Below the pieces are notes generated by a model. That model searched no databases, was not told where the DNA came from, and worked only from the letters and a program-made list of their open reading frames with translations. Below are positions 27,147-42,500 of a DNA stretch of 64,000 nt, in pieces (the first letter of the stretch is position 1; every line of letters begins with the position of its first letter). Both the position numbers and the translations under genes were made by a program. The stretch comes from the human T2T-CHM13v2.0 reference genome, Homo sapiens: NCBI RefSeq assembly GCF_009914755.1, contig NC_060947.1. One strand, written 5' to 3'.

Positions 27147-27200
<54 letters not shown>
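27147..27200. repeat. Pure (AT)27 microsatellite
   Basis: Directly visible. Confidence 0.97.
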
Positions 27201-27206
<6 letters not shown>

Positions 27207-28959
27207 CATATTTAATTAAAGGGTTATTTATTAATCTAGACAAGCATTCCAAAAGGGTGAATAGTAAAATTAAAGATGTGTAGCTACAGTGGAAGTGGGG
27301 ACAATTTGTTTACATATAATAGCAGTGAAAAAGTTAGGAAGTTTTATAAACAATCATCGTTTGTAGGTATGAAATTTAAAAAAGAGAAGAAAGATGATAG
27401 GGATGGATGGATGGATGGAGAGCTGTATGAATAGAGACTATATATTATTACGTATTTATATTGTAACATCATAGACAAATCTCAGTTATCAAACATTGCT
27501 ATTCTGAACATCTTTAAAGTAAATGATAAAAAGTTGAACTTTAATATGATTAAGAGGTATATACAGATTAAAGTAAATTTCCAGTGAAATGGCTCCTTTG
27601 CACAACAATTGCTGCATAGCCACTAAATGTATTTAACTTTAAGGGGGAGTTATGTATGTAATGACAAGTGAAAATACATTATTGTTAAATATGTCAATAT
27701 TTGAAAATCTAGGACATTTAAAATATTTTCCCAAATTGATTTTGCAGAGGCACAGTAACAAGTATACTGAAATCCACTAGAGGGAGCTGATACTATTTAT
27801 AAAGTTTTACTACCTGTACAGGAAAATAAACCCCTTAGCAAAAACGACTCTGAAGTACAAAAAAAAAAAAAAAAAAAAAAAAAAGTATTTATCCTTTGCT
27901 TTATTTAGCTCATTTCATTTTTGTAAAAAATGAAAAGCTGGGAAATGAGAAAAGCGTTGTGTATCACTACATTAATTCTGGAAATGATATTATATGGTGA
28001 ATTCTTTAAATATTTACAAAGAAAAGCAATAGGATAATATATTTTCCAACTAATTTAAGTTTTAGTAGTAAACAAACACATGTTCCTGTGCTTCTCATGA
28101 CAAATTTGGGACAGAGATTTTTTCAGAAAAATACTTTTATCTTAATGCCTTCAAACCCGATTTTACTCAATAATTCCTTTTGTGTGCACATGAACACATA
28201 TATGCATGTATATAGTGAATCAAAACCCCATTTACTATTTCTTAAAGGTGGTCATTCATCTGTCTCTGAAAAGAATTTTTGTCTTAAAACTAAGTTGATG
28301 AGTAGAGATATTTTGGAGCAGATACTATGTATTAACATCATCTTATTAAAGCAATTCAGGAAGAGACAAAAGAAACATCTTGAAAAATTTGCTAGTCGCA
28401 TGGCATGAATTTGCATAATTGCTCCACTTTTATCTTTTATCATCAAAGGAAAAAATAGGATTTATGTAATTATAGTGATCCAGTAGTAAAATGTAGCCCA
28501 AAGAATAATTTGTCCTTTGCTGAGTTTCAGTTGCCACATGTATGCTAAAGCTATAATACTCTTCAGATAAATTGACAGAAATATTAGAAGATGCCTAGCA
28601 AATATCCTTGTATATACAGCGAGCCAGACTTAATTGAAGTGTATTCATATGACCTCAACTGCTCTTTTATTTTCTTCTATATTCAAAACATCTGATTTTG
28701 AAATCTACAATCCCCCAAGGAGAAGCTATTCCCATACAAAACATGTTTTGTTTCTCAAAGTCACAAAATTATTATGAGGACAAAAAAATCTACAGACAGC
28801 TTATCTGTTACACCAGTATTTCGTTCCTTGTTAATACAGGTTGTAGGGAGAATGGTTCCATTTACAGAAATTATTGTTTCATGTTAGTACCTTCTGGATT
28901 TCCCCACAAATAACCATTTTGGAAAATGTCAAGTTAGCCATTTTAGGCTTTTTACTTAC

Positions 28960-29140
28960 TTGTCTGTAGCTCTTTCTCTCTGGCCTGCACATCAGAAAAG
29001 ACTTGCTTAAAATGATTTGTAAAGGCCACAAAGTCTGCATCCAGGAACATGGGTCCTTGTCCTTTCTCTTTCAGGGCTATGCTTTGAATTTTTAATCGTT
29101 CAATTTGAGGTTGAAGACCTGATAGCCGGTTGACTTCATC
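28960..29140 (-). CDS. DMD: Dystrophin exon 21 (181 bp), DEVNRLSGLQPQIERLK...REKELQT
   Basis: Acceptor ggcacag|GATGAA, donor AGACAA|gtaagt; overlaps ORF 28952..29185. Confidence 0.98.
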
Positions 29141-29670
29141 CTGTGCCATAGAGTATGGAAAGTAAGTAACACGTTTACTTTGCATACATTACATTTTGCA
29201 AAAGAAGGTATTAAAAAGCAGTAAGGCAAGTTTAGCTTAATACCCTTCACAAATATCTGATAAGAAACATCCATGACAGTATAGACAAGCCTCTATCACC
29301 AGCCATACATTTAAGGATACCTTGGCTCTTTGTTCAATATGTATCATCCTATATAATGATATTTAAATTTCAAGATGACATAATTTAGAGCATTAATGGG
29401 TATGAATGCGTACAGTGGAAAAATACTATGCATGACCTTAAATCCTTTCCATAAATCAAATATAGGTGTTTGGCTGCACCCCTCTTATATCAAAATGATG
29501 TGCGCTTGCTTCAAATTTTAAGCTCACTCAATGAACAATATTTTCTCTTTCATTTCTGCAAAATATAAATTACATATATACCTACATATATGTATATGTG
29601 TATACTATAATTATAAATATATTTTGATACAATTATATAGATTATATACACACATACAAAATCTATATAA

Positions 29671-30092
<422 letters not shown>

Positions 30093-30189
30093 AATTGCCA
30101 CTTTTTAAATTACGGTGGCTGTCCAGGTTTCCTCTTGTTGTCCTGGCATAATTATTAGTAGCACCCTGTTTCACTCTCAGTAGTACCCT

Positions 30190-31248
<1,059 letters not shown>

Positions 31249-33267
31249 CTATTCTCTACATAAATGTTTTCATGTTCTTGTTTCCAGTGAAGTTGGAATT
31301 GTTTCGTATTTAATACATATATAATTTGAACTCAAAGTTTTCACTGCCCTTTTTAAAAGTGTTATTATCATGGCTGCTTACTTACAATTCATATATATGC
31401 TGTCTTTAGAAAAAAATACTTGAGGGTTAGTTACTATTTAATATGTAACAACAGGAAAATTGAAATTTAAAAATTGGAACATGAGCCCATTAGAAGAAAG
31501 AGAAAATGGAAAGAATTATACCAATTCTGAACGAATTGAAATCTGAGCTTCCTGAAAATCAAAGTGAAAAGGCAAAAAAAAAGTTAATATTTATGGAGGC
31601 ATTCATACTCTTTGGGAGAGAGTAACTTTTGTATTAGGAGAGGCTGAGAAATTTATCACATAAATTCTGTCATGGTTGCAAGACTAATGTACAATGCCAC
31701 TTATTCTCATTAAAAAAACATAAATACAGCTTTCAGAGGAATGTGTTTATGTGGTTATAATGGTATGAGCTGATTCAGGTAAAATAATCTCTGACGATTC
31801 AATCGTTTTGGTGGGTGAAGATTAAAGACGTTTAGCAAAATGGAAGGTGACCTATATTTCTCTTTCAAATATAAATCCTCTCAAACCAGTGCTAGAAAGT
31901 TGGTATATATCCATGGATAAGAAATAAGACAAGAGATAAAGGGTAATATTCTGTATTTATAGTACAGAAATATATACAAATAATTTGTATGCTAGATTTA
32001 CAAATGGCAGCATTGGCATCTACTGTGAACCATTAAGAACCTGATTTATATTTGGCCAGATGGAGGGCTGCCATTTTTCCCGTTCAGGGGGCTATAGAAA
32101 GAGCCAACATTATAGCCAAGTGTGCTCTGAAAAACAAAGGGGACTTTGAAACTAATAAAACATTTGGGCAAATGTTCAGTTGAGACCTTAATGTTCTGAG
32201 AATAAATCATAGAAGAGATACTTTTCAACTGAAGTATTCTGTGTTTAAAAAGATGTGAACAATTAGCCATTATTTCCATAAAAGGATTTGGTTTAGTTGG
32301 TCCTCCAGAGTATGGTATCTCCTTTGAGTCTGTTTATTCTTTAAAATTATATGCTTATCTCATGGAAGCTTTTGTATTTTTCACAGGAAAGGGTTCATGA
32401 ATTTTTTCCAATTCTGATAAGGCTCTCTAACCCCCACAATATTAAAAACCAGTTCTGCCGATCATTAGAATATGAGCTAAATATGCGCTCTAATGTTATA
32501 AAACTTCTCCAAATAAAATAAAACGCTGAGAAACATGTTATAATTTATTTACCTATCACTAATCTCAGCAGAACAGTATATATATTTGCCCTTGTATGAA
32601 TAATATTAAGCTTATCTTGCTAAATATTTTACCTAAAGTGATTCTTCAAATTAATAGACACCAATGGGTCTGAGAGAAAGAGTAAGGGGTGATAAGGAGG
32701 TGACAACGGAATTTGGATGCAGTAAGAGAAGTATTTTCCCTTAGGATGACTTCCTCAACCTCCAGACAATATTTAATATATAAAACCTCTGGTGATCTCC
32801 ATTTGTTCCTCAAATCAAGACCAAGATACTAGCAGGTCCCAGAAGTCATTGGTTTGTCTCCTATATACCTGACTGATTCCTGTTTGTCTCTCCTCTCATT
32901 CATCTGCCCCTCTATGTTCAGCATTTACAATGGTCTTCATTCAGGTGCTTGGCCTTTATTGCTCCCTCTTGCCATGTTCCTTCTGCCTGGAATCTTGCTT
33001 AACTGTTCTCTTACCTAATTCTAACTTATCACAAAAGTCTCAACTCAAATGTTCCTCCCTCAAGGAAGATGCCCTTGGTGGCTGTATCAGGTTCGTTTTT
33101 CCCTGTTACTCATTCTCCCAAAGCTTTGCATCTTAGTTTAAACCACTGTTCCTAGCAGGAAATTTAAAAATATTGATTCCATTGTTTCATATCTCTCTTC
33201 TCTGCTTTCCGTAAATACAATAAAAGCAGAGTCCATGAATGCCCACTCTAATATTCCCAAAACTTAG

Positions 33268-33712
33268 TGCTATGGGCTGAATTGTGTCTTCCAAAATTCA
33301 CATGTTGAAGTCCTAACCATTGGTGAGACTATTTGGTGATAGGACTTTTAAGAGGTAATGATGTTTATATGACGTCATCAGGGTTGGGTAAGGGTGGCGG
33401 GGTGGGGGGCTAATCCCTTAGGGATTGGTGGCTTTATAAAAGGAGGCAGAGATAAAGAGAGAGAGAAAGAAAAATAGCCCTCATTCTCTCTCTCTGCATG
33501 TATACACACAGAGGAAAGCCATGTGAGGACAGAGTGAGAAGTTGGTTATCTGCAAGCCAGGAAGACAGCCTTCACCAGAAGATGAAGCTGAACCCTACCA
33601 AACCTTGATCCTGGACTTTCTCTCACTTCTAGAACTCTCAGAAAATAAACCTGTGTTGTTTAAGCCACCGAGTCTGTGGTATTTATTGTGGCAGACTCAG
33701 CTGATTAATACA
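33268..33712 (+). mobile_element. MaLR solo LTR (MLT1A/B-like), imperfect TSD cttag/ctcag, inside an L2 remnant
   Basis: tgctatgggctgaattgtgtc...aaattcacatgttgaagtcctaacc...aataaacctgtgttgtttaagccacc...taataca. Confidence 0.88.
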
Positions 33713-34454
33713 CTCAGTAGCATTCTTAAACACATTAGAGACACTTAATGTATATATTTTATGCATGAATGTACTGTGTAGGTACTATTACTAACTACTA
33801 TATCTGAATCTCAAGAATCGGATAAGGTAACATCAGATTTTTGTGGCAAGAAATAATGTATTTGGATTATTCCTCTGATTCACAGGAAAAGCGGCATTGG
33901 TTCTATTCTTAAATTACAAAATGCATCTCAATGTAGAAATTCCTTAGATGTGTGTATTTGCCTAACAAGTCAAGTGCCTTATCCAAGGTATTCTTTATCC
34001 AAAAGTATACTTTCTGAGTTTATTTCCTCAGCAAACTAACACAAGAACAGAAAACCTAATAATGCTACAGGTCCGATATTTGAAGAACCATTAAGTCCTT
34101 CAATTGTTTTTCTCTTCAAAATAGCTTTGAATTTCTCATCACTTTTTGGGTCCAATACCTTTTCTAAATCAACCTTGTCACCTTTCCATGTCTATTCTAC
34201 CTTTATTTAAGCCATTCTTTTTTACAGTATGCAAATGAATCTCCACTCCTTGCCTTTTGTATTAAATGTAATCATCTCGATCTATCACTAAACGTTCATC
34301 CTGGAAACGTTTTAGTCCATCCTCTAATCAGTTTCTCATTCCCCGCGAAAAGCACATAGCTCATAGTAACAATGAAAACAGTTTAGGCTATTTTCATTAT
34401 TATACAGCTCTTGTTTTCTTACACTTGAAGGCATAATCCTTTCATCTCTTTCTC

Positions 34455-34900
34455 AGGCCCTTTTGTCCACTTACATCTTGTTTGCCCCTCCAGATCCACT
34501 GTCCGCTCTTCTCCTGTTACCCAGGAGACTGATATTTACAGATGACGGTTCCTTGTCCTTTGTCTTACGATTAAGTTTAGTCAGTGAGGAGCCCTGACAA
34601 GATTCTGGAGGCAGGGAAAAAAGTGAAGTGGGGTGTTTATTTGTCTGACTCCATTTCTATGAGGATTCCTTAAGCCGGCCATGCTGCTTTTACCATGAGG
34701 ATCTGACTGTCTCCTTCTGAGTTTCTATAACTGCTCTCTCACTGATCCTTTCTGGACTAAAAGAGGTAAGAACTCTGATGCTGGGTTACTACACTATCCG
34801 GTGTGGTTCCTCTGTACTCCAGCTACATTTTAAAAATATCTTTTTGTAAAGAAACCTTCCTCAAATTATCGTAATTTGAGAGGTCCATCAGTTTTAAATA
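34455..34900 (+). mobile_element. Old ERVL LTR (LTR33-like)
   Basis: tccagatccact...gtttagtcagtgaggagccctgacaagattctggaggcaggg...ggtgtttatt resembles the LTR33 family. Confidence 0.5.
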
Positions 34901-35328
34901 TTTTCCTTATGTATCTAGTTATACTGCATCCAAGCTTGTTGTTGACCCGTGTTTCTAACTATTTCCATGGATTCCACTTTTTCAAAATGACTATGTTTCA
35001 CTCGTCACAAAGAAAGAGTTCCAAAGTGAGAGGCCATTTTTTACAGGATACATGTGGTTTCCACACTCCTAAACTGCCTCATGCTTACGCAAACCGACAC
35101 AATCAATTAGCGCTGTGTAACTACGCCAAATACAATTTTAGAATCCGGGTATCTACGTCTTACATATTTAAACAGATTTCTGTTGCTTACATTTTGAACT
35201 TTATTGCGCTTAGCTAAATCCTTAGAAGGTGAACGTTTCATTACTAAATAATTTGTTACTGTCTTCTTGGAAATTGCCAAGAAATACCTATTGATTATGC
35301 TCCAAATGGAAGGAGAAGAGATTCTTAC

Positions 35329-35570
35329 CTTACAAATTTTTAACTGACTTTTAATTGCTGTTGGCTCTGATGGGGTGGTGGGTTGGATTTTCAACCAGTT
35401 TTCAGCAGTAGTTGTCATCTGCTCCAATTGTTGTAGCTGATTATAGAAAGCGATGATGTTGTTCTGATACTCCAGCCAGTTAAGTCTCTCACTTAGCAAC
35501 TGGCAGAATTCGATCCACCGGCTGTTCAGTTGTTCTGAGGCTTGTTTGATGCTATCTGCATTAACACCCT
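35329..35570 (-). CDS. DMD: Dystrophin exon 20 (242 bp), GVNADSIKQASEQLNSRWIEFCQLLSERLNWLEYQNN...SQLKICK
   Basis: Acceptor ttttctttctag|AGGGTG, donor TGTAAG|gtaaga; overlaps ORF 35107..35499. Confidence 0.98.
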
Positions 35571-36109
35571 CTAGAAAGAAAAAAATAATTAAATATATCC
35601 CCTGAACCCACAGACTGAAAGAAATGATCTGAAAGCCAACACATCCTAATTATAAAAGTATTCACCACATGAATGATTTCAAACCAGATCAATTATTTTC
35701 TAAGATATAAATGTGTAAATATGATTTCAGATTATTCAATGTGAATTATCAGACTTGCGTCACAACAATGAATATCAATGCCATCAAGTAATAAGACATA
35801 AGATGTAGAAAATTAGAATATATGTAAATAAAATATTAAATAAAAACTTAAATAAAAACAAAAGTGCTCAAAGCTCTGATGGGAGCTGGAAGGCTGCATG
35901 AACAAGTAACATTTTGGATGTTTTCAGATACATTTTACATATCATACATATTACTCAAATATACTTCCCCAAACTAACTTACATTTTTAATTTTAAAAAT
36001 GGGCTTGGAAATTAGTTTAAATAGTATTTTCATAGTTTTAAAAAGAGGAAAAAAAATCCAAGATTATTCTTTATTTCATTTACAGAAGATTAGAAATAAA
36101 CAGATTGTC

Positions 36110-36458
<349 letters not shown>

Positions 36459-38489
36459 TTAAATTTATAAATGTAGAAGTTGATCTCAAAGTTTTAAAAT
36501 CATCTGTAGTAATACCAAACCCAGAAAACTTTATCAAGGGAAAAATGGAAACACAAGCATATCATTATCACCATTACCATTCTGGAGTACCTACTATGTA
36601 CCATGGAATATGCTATGTCATTTCATATATGACGAATGCCAGTCCAAGTACATATTATTCCATACATAGCATGAAAGCATGGCAACATCACGCTGTGCTA
36701 TGGGTTAAAATATTCAAACTCTCTAAAGTTAGTTTACAAAATTTAGACTTTCTTAGATTTATTAGCTTATATAGTTTTCTTAATGACAGAATATAAAAGA
36801 GAAAATATATTACATATGATATCATGCATTTTTAAACATAGCTACATTAGCACTGATAACTTTCTTATACTTTGGAAATACTGAATATTTAAATGTTTTA
36901 TGTTCCCTCATGTACCTACAGAGATCTCAAAAGAACATAAACTCACTGTAAGGTTCTTTCTCTAGGTTAAAATACCTAAAAGTTCGAAGAGTAGTTTGGT
37001 AGAAGAGTAGGTTGCCTAAGATAATCTACTTTTATAAATGTTCATTTTACTTAATTTTCTGGTAATATAATTTAGTTAAAGGGAAGCTAAGTTCTTAAAA
37101 AGTCTGAAGAACGTCTCTAGAAACATAAGGCCTGTGGTTTTGCTAACTTGCACATGCCTCCCACTTTATCCTTTTTAAAGACTAAAAAAAATATAGATGT
37201 GAATTCAACAACTATATTATTTTATCCTCTTTCACTTCCCTCTGCCCTGATAGTCTAATGTTCTATTTGTCATAATGATATTAATGCTGCCAAACCATGT
37301 CCCTCAATTCATTTGAAACACAACTGTAACTTCACTAATTTCAAAGCATAATGCTACTCAGGATGGCGGTGAAGGAGACAAACTTTGCAAATATTATCGT
37401 CAACTATTTTCCCCTCCTTCTTCCCTGATATATTTTTAATGAGATACAATGGAAATAATAGAATGTAAAAAGAATATATACATGGCTCCATATATCTAAG
37501 TATAAAAGAAGTCCGTGGCCTACAGGAGCTACATATTCTAATATCCTCCTAATGCTTAAGGAAGCAATTGTGACATGCTGTTTTTGATCGTTAGATTTTG
37601 AGGAGTGATCAAAAATTGTACCAAAATATTTGTTAAGCGATGCGATTAAGTAACTGTTGTTATAAAATGACCACATTTGGTATAAAGTGTAAGAGAAGAA
37701 TATGAAACTTCAATCGTATGAGCACTCCGTTTGAAAAAAGTATTATGATAAAACGTTAACATTTCTGGAAAATAAAAAGATAATTAGAAAATATACTGGA
37801 CAGAATTTTTAAATTATGTTAATAACAAAAAATGTGGCATGGATCTAAATGATCAGATATTTAGGAGAAATATTTTCAGCATATGTTGAACTTGAACAAG
37901 CAGTTAGAAGTCCATGAAGGGTGAAAAGTCAACATGAACCAGGTATTAAACAGGCAAAAAAGAAATGCTAAATTAAAGGGACCGATAGACTGATGCTGGA
38001 TTGAGTCTTATTCAACATTTGTCTAAATGAGACGGGAACACAGAGAGAAATCACTTTGTGTCCCTGAGAAAGGTCAACCATACAAATCGTAGCAAATGAA
38101 AAAATGAAACTATAAGTTGATTTTCAATATGGATATGTTAATTTTGTTAAATGATAAAACTACAGTGAAGTACCAATAGGCTCTGCAGTATCCGTTAAAA
38201 TCTAGGGACAGGTTTTAATGAGTCATTGTTGATCATTACACAAAACTCTATGTTTTGCCCCCCAAAAAATGTTGCAATATATCACTGTAAAAGAAATTTA
38301 AATGGTGAAGAAAAGTCAGCTTTGTACAAATTCATAACACTGAAATTTATAATACGCTCTATTTATTTGCATATTGATCTTTATAACTGAATGCAGGCAA
38401 TGAAAATGCAGTGATAGGTAAAAGAACGACATCTATAATAGCAAAAAGGGGGAGGCAGGCAGAAAGGCAGAGAAATGACCGGTGAGAAT

Positions 38490-38700
38490 TCTGGCGTTAA
38501 AGAGACCGGAGTTCAAATTTGATGCCCCTTACTAGATGTGTGAAATGGGTTCAGTTACTTAATTTCACTGGATCTTGTTTTTCTCATCCATGAAATGAGG
38601 ATTAAAAATAGAATCGACCTCATAGGATACTTACCAAAGTTCTGAGTTAACATATATAACTTACTTATAACAAATGCTGACACATACTAGGCAACAAAGA
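38490..38700 (+). mobile_element. MIR
   Basis: gagttcaaat...cttactagatgtgtga...agttacttaatttcactg...tttctcatccatgaaatgaggat...acctcatagg. Confidence 0.75.
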
Positions 38701-38935
38701 CATATTAGACAATGCCATATAGAGGAAATGAAAAAGAATATTCAGAAAACAAGGGACCAGCTCTCTTGTGTGAAAATTAGGGGGAGAGGAAGTCTTCTTA
38801 ATGACTGAAACAGGACATGTATAAAAAGTTAATAATACTATTTTAAAATTAGTCCTAATTTTATATAATATATGACTAATATGGGATATAGAAGGTGTAT
38901 TTATACATTTTTTAAAGAAGTTTTATCAATAACCA

Positions 38936-39047
38936 GGGATCCTTTGAGACCAGGAGTTCGAGGCTGCACTGAGCTATGATTGCATCACTGTATTCTAGCC
39001 TGGGCAACAGAGCAAGAGCCTGTCACCAACTAAAATAAAAATAAAAA
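38936..39047 (+). mobile_element. Alu monomer fragment (FRAM/AluJ-like)
   Basis: ccaggagttcgaggctgcactgagctatgattgc...agcctgggcaacagagcaaga plus A tail. Confidence 0.85.
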
Positions 39048-39531
39048 GAGTTTATTTGGGAATCCTGGAATATTCTGCCACATTTATAATCATGTGAGAT
39101 TGAAGTTATAAAGAAACGAAAACATTTCAAAAAAAACGTGGAAATTTCTAGATGTTACTAGAAAAGACATAATGTTGGGCACAGAAAATCAGAAGTCTTG
39201 CTATGAAGGATTTGTATGCAAACATTGTATTAATTCATTGTGAATATGCTGCCTGCTCAACAAGGGCATAAACTGTCCTTCTAAACTATAAACTCCTATA
39301 GGAAATGTCTCCACTGGCAGTATCTAATAGAATTCTCAGCTTGGAGTAGAAAGAGTATAACTACACTGTACTCATGAACTCATTCAATACCAAATCAATA
39401 GTGTACTCTATATGAATATAAAAATTATGAGACCAATGTACACTGAAGCCAAAAGCCATACACAAACAAGCACACAATCTCTCTTGTATCAAATTTGCTT
39501 TAAAATACTTGGGCAGGGGATGGAGAGGATG

Positions 39532-39589
39532 GTCACGTTACTTACTGACACTGTCACGTTAATAACCGACACTGTCACATTACTTAATG
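39532..39589. repeat. 21-bp tandem repeat, about 2.7 copies
   Basis: gtcacgttacttactgacact / gtcacgttaataaccgacact / gtcacattacttaatg. Confidence 0.85.
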
Positions 39590-42500
39590 TACCTCTCTTC
39601 AATTAAAATGAGAAATGCTATTACTTCAACTTTATGAATTAATTGACCATCTAAATGCCAGAACTACTGTTGATTTTCTAAGAAAGTCCATTAAAACCTT
39701 TCTAGAATGAAAAAGGGTTCAAAGCGTTATCCAAGTAAATATTTGCATATGGATTTTATTATTATATATAATTGTTTTATATGTATTCCATAGAATTATG
39801 CTCCTTGACTCAATGGAAAATTTTAACTTTTCTAAGAGTTTGTAAGTGTAAATATCTGAAAAGTTTTAAGTATCAATCATCTGAGCATCTGTTTTCTAAT
39901 TTTGTGTTAGCTATTTAAGAATACAAATACTAACACACCAGGCATTATGAGCAATACTTATGGAAACCATTTTGTTGTAGCACATTAGAATCTCAGGGAT
40001 AATGGATCATAATCCATTCACATCTCATATTCTAAACAACCCCTGAAATAGTCTGTGAATAAATATATTGCACCCAGAGGAAATGGATCATTACTTGAAG
40101 TGTATCCATTAATTTTATTACTTGTGTACAGTGCATAACAGACTGTTAGAATAATGTTAAATGTGCACCACCTTCCATGCAAGTACTTCAGAACTGCCAC
40201 TTAAAGTGAAGTATTCCTCATCAAGTATATTCATCATTAGCCATGAAGCCAGGGTAGAATAACACAAAACAAGTGTTTCCAGAGCTCTTGAATTAAAAGA
40301 ATATTTGGAATAGAAACTTAAAATAAAGCTGCTAATAAACAGTCTCCTATTTTTGCTGAACTTTAAGTGAGGGTTATTACAAGTCCATTTAGCATTCAAT
40401 GTAATAGTCTAAAATGTAATATAGAGATATTCAAAACCTGTGAAGACAAGTTCTGAGGCTAAATTTTAGAGGTTTCTGTGACCACACTGACTTAAAGTAA
40501 TAGCTTTTAAAAATTAATAGTATATATAAAAGTAATACCCCTAGTGAGGGCAATATAAATTTTACTAATATAGCCCTTTTGCGTTTTTATTTTCAAACAT
40601 CATAAAATTAAAAAAAGTCAGATTTTTACTCATATTTGTTTTGGCCACTCATTTCCCACAACAACAGTGACAACAACAGTCTCTTTCTTTCACACACATG
40701 GACACACACACGCACATGTCTGCGCATGCGAGTTCACCCGTGCATGCACGCCGTGCTCACACACACCCACAGAGGCTCTTCCTTTTGGAGATTAGACTTA
40801 AACGAAGAAAAATGTGCCTGTCAATTAAAAACATTTATTGAATGTGAACTCTGTGTAGAGCATTATACTAAGTGTCATGTGGAGAAAGAAGAAATATAAA
40901 TCAAACTGCCCAGTACTGAGGAAGGAATAAGAGAAGAGGAAATATATGCAACTGTGGAAGGCTACTCATTCATGATGAAGGGGCTGGGCTACTACAAGTG
41001 GTACAGTCTCCATGCCACATTTGTATACAGACTATTTGCAATATGTCTTGCCATTAAAATATATGATTAGAAGACTTGCTGCTACTGAAAGTTTTTCCAG
41101 TGATCATGAGAGTTTTAGCTTTGAGATGAGCCAGACTGACCATAATCCCTACCCTCACCCATCTGACAAAATCTGGTTGCCCACCTCAAATAACATAATT
41201 CATGTGAAATTATCTAATGAGCTATGAACCAAAATACAAGAAAAAAAGATAGTTACTTGGTTAATGTTATGGATAAGAAGAGCTCTCGTCAGTGTTATCA
41301 TTCTGTGCCATTTAATTACAACAGTTAGCATACTTATTATCAGGTATCACCTTAAACACTATAATCTAGCACTCAGGGAATGATAGTTTTGAGATGTTCT
41401 TTAGTCTAATATACTAATAATTACTACTTTTATTTAAACATGTCCTTGATGTGACTGTCCTTAGACTCTTAATTAACACACAGAAAACTACAAATAGAAA
41501 TTGAAAATGAATCACAATTTAACTAACCCTATTACATAATTATAGTATCTCCTCTAGAAATTATGGTGAAAGGATCTTAGAGACTAAAGAACGAGAACCT
41601 GAGCTACGCCTACATATGTTTTCAAATAAATGTTTTGATATGGTCATCTTTTGGTAATTTCAGTATTAATATGGAAAACCAGTTTATCTAAACTAGGCTT
41701 TTTTGTGTTATGCCTGATTGATGAGACTGTATGTACTCATGCGAGAACACTGTTTTACAAAAAGGATTACGTCTAATCCTAAATAGATAAAAACAGACAT
41801 ATGTTTAGGTATAATCATATGTATATTATTTTAGCCCTAGGTTGTCCTAAAACTCCACAATCTCAATAATACACTGAAAGGCCTTGGTCATGAAAGGCAT
41901 CAGTTTAAAGACTGTTCAAATTAAAATCTTAGAAAACCATTATTAGTTAGCAATATTATTAAAGCATTAGAAAGATTACTTACTATATTTAATGGCTAAA
42001 TTTTTCTAAATTTCTAAATTATTTATAACATTTTGTATTTAAATTAAGAAATGTAAAAATAAACCTTAAAGTTATATCACATCTTTCTTAAAAAGTAAAA
42101 TAAAGAATTTGGAAACTCCCTTTTCAATATGCACAGCTACATGAATATATAAATACATCACTAGATACCTGGTCTAGCCTCTCACTTGCCCTCATTAAGT
42201 TAACAGTTTCCTGAGACCAGGGTTATGATCCAAAGCTTACATATTGACGGTAAGCTGCATGAAAATTACAGCTATCCAAAAATGTCTCTAGTAAAAAGAG
42301 GTACTTTGCACCATCCAATATTCTGTCACATTTATCCAACCAATTAATGTTGACATAAGAACAGTAAATTAATTTTAATGTTAGTTCAAACAAAAAATAC
42401 AGCTAAGATAGAGATAAATCAGTTAAAAATTATACCAAAATTTCATGCCAAAATGCCAGAAACGTGATTTTTTTTTTTAGTTAACACTCTCCTTTTAGTA

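Noticed and set aside
37840-38120. Possible very old CR1/L3 remnant (tattcaacatttgtctaaatga)
   Set aside because: The similarity is too weak to support by eye; it needs a Dfam HMM search.
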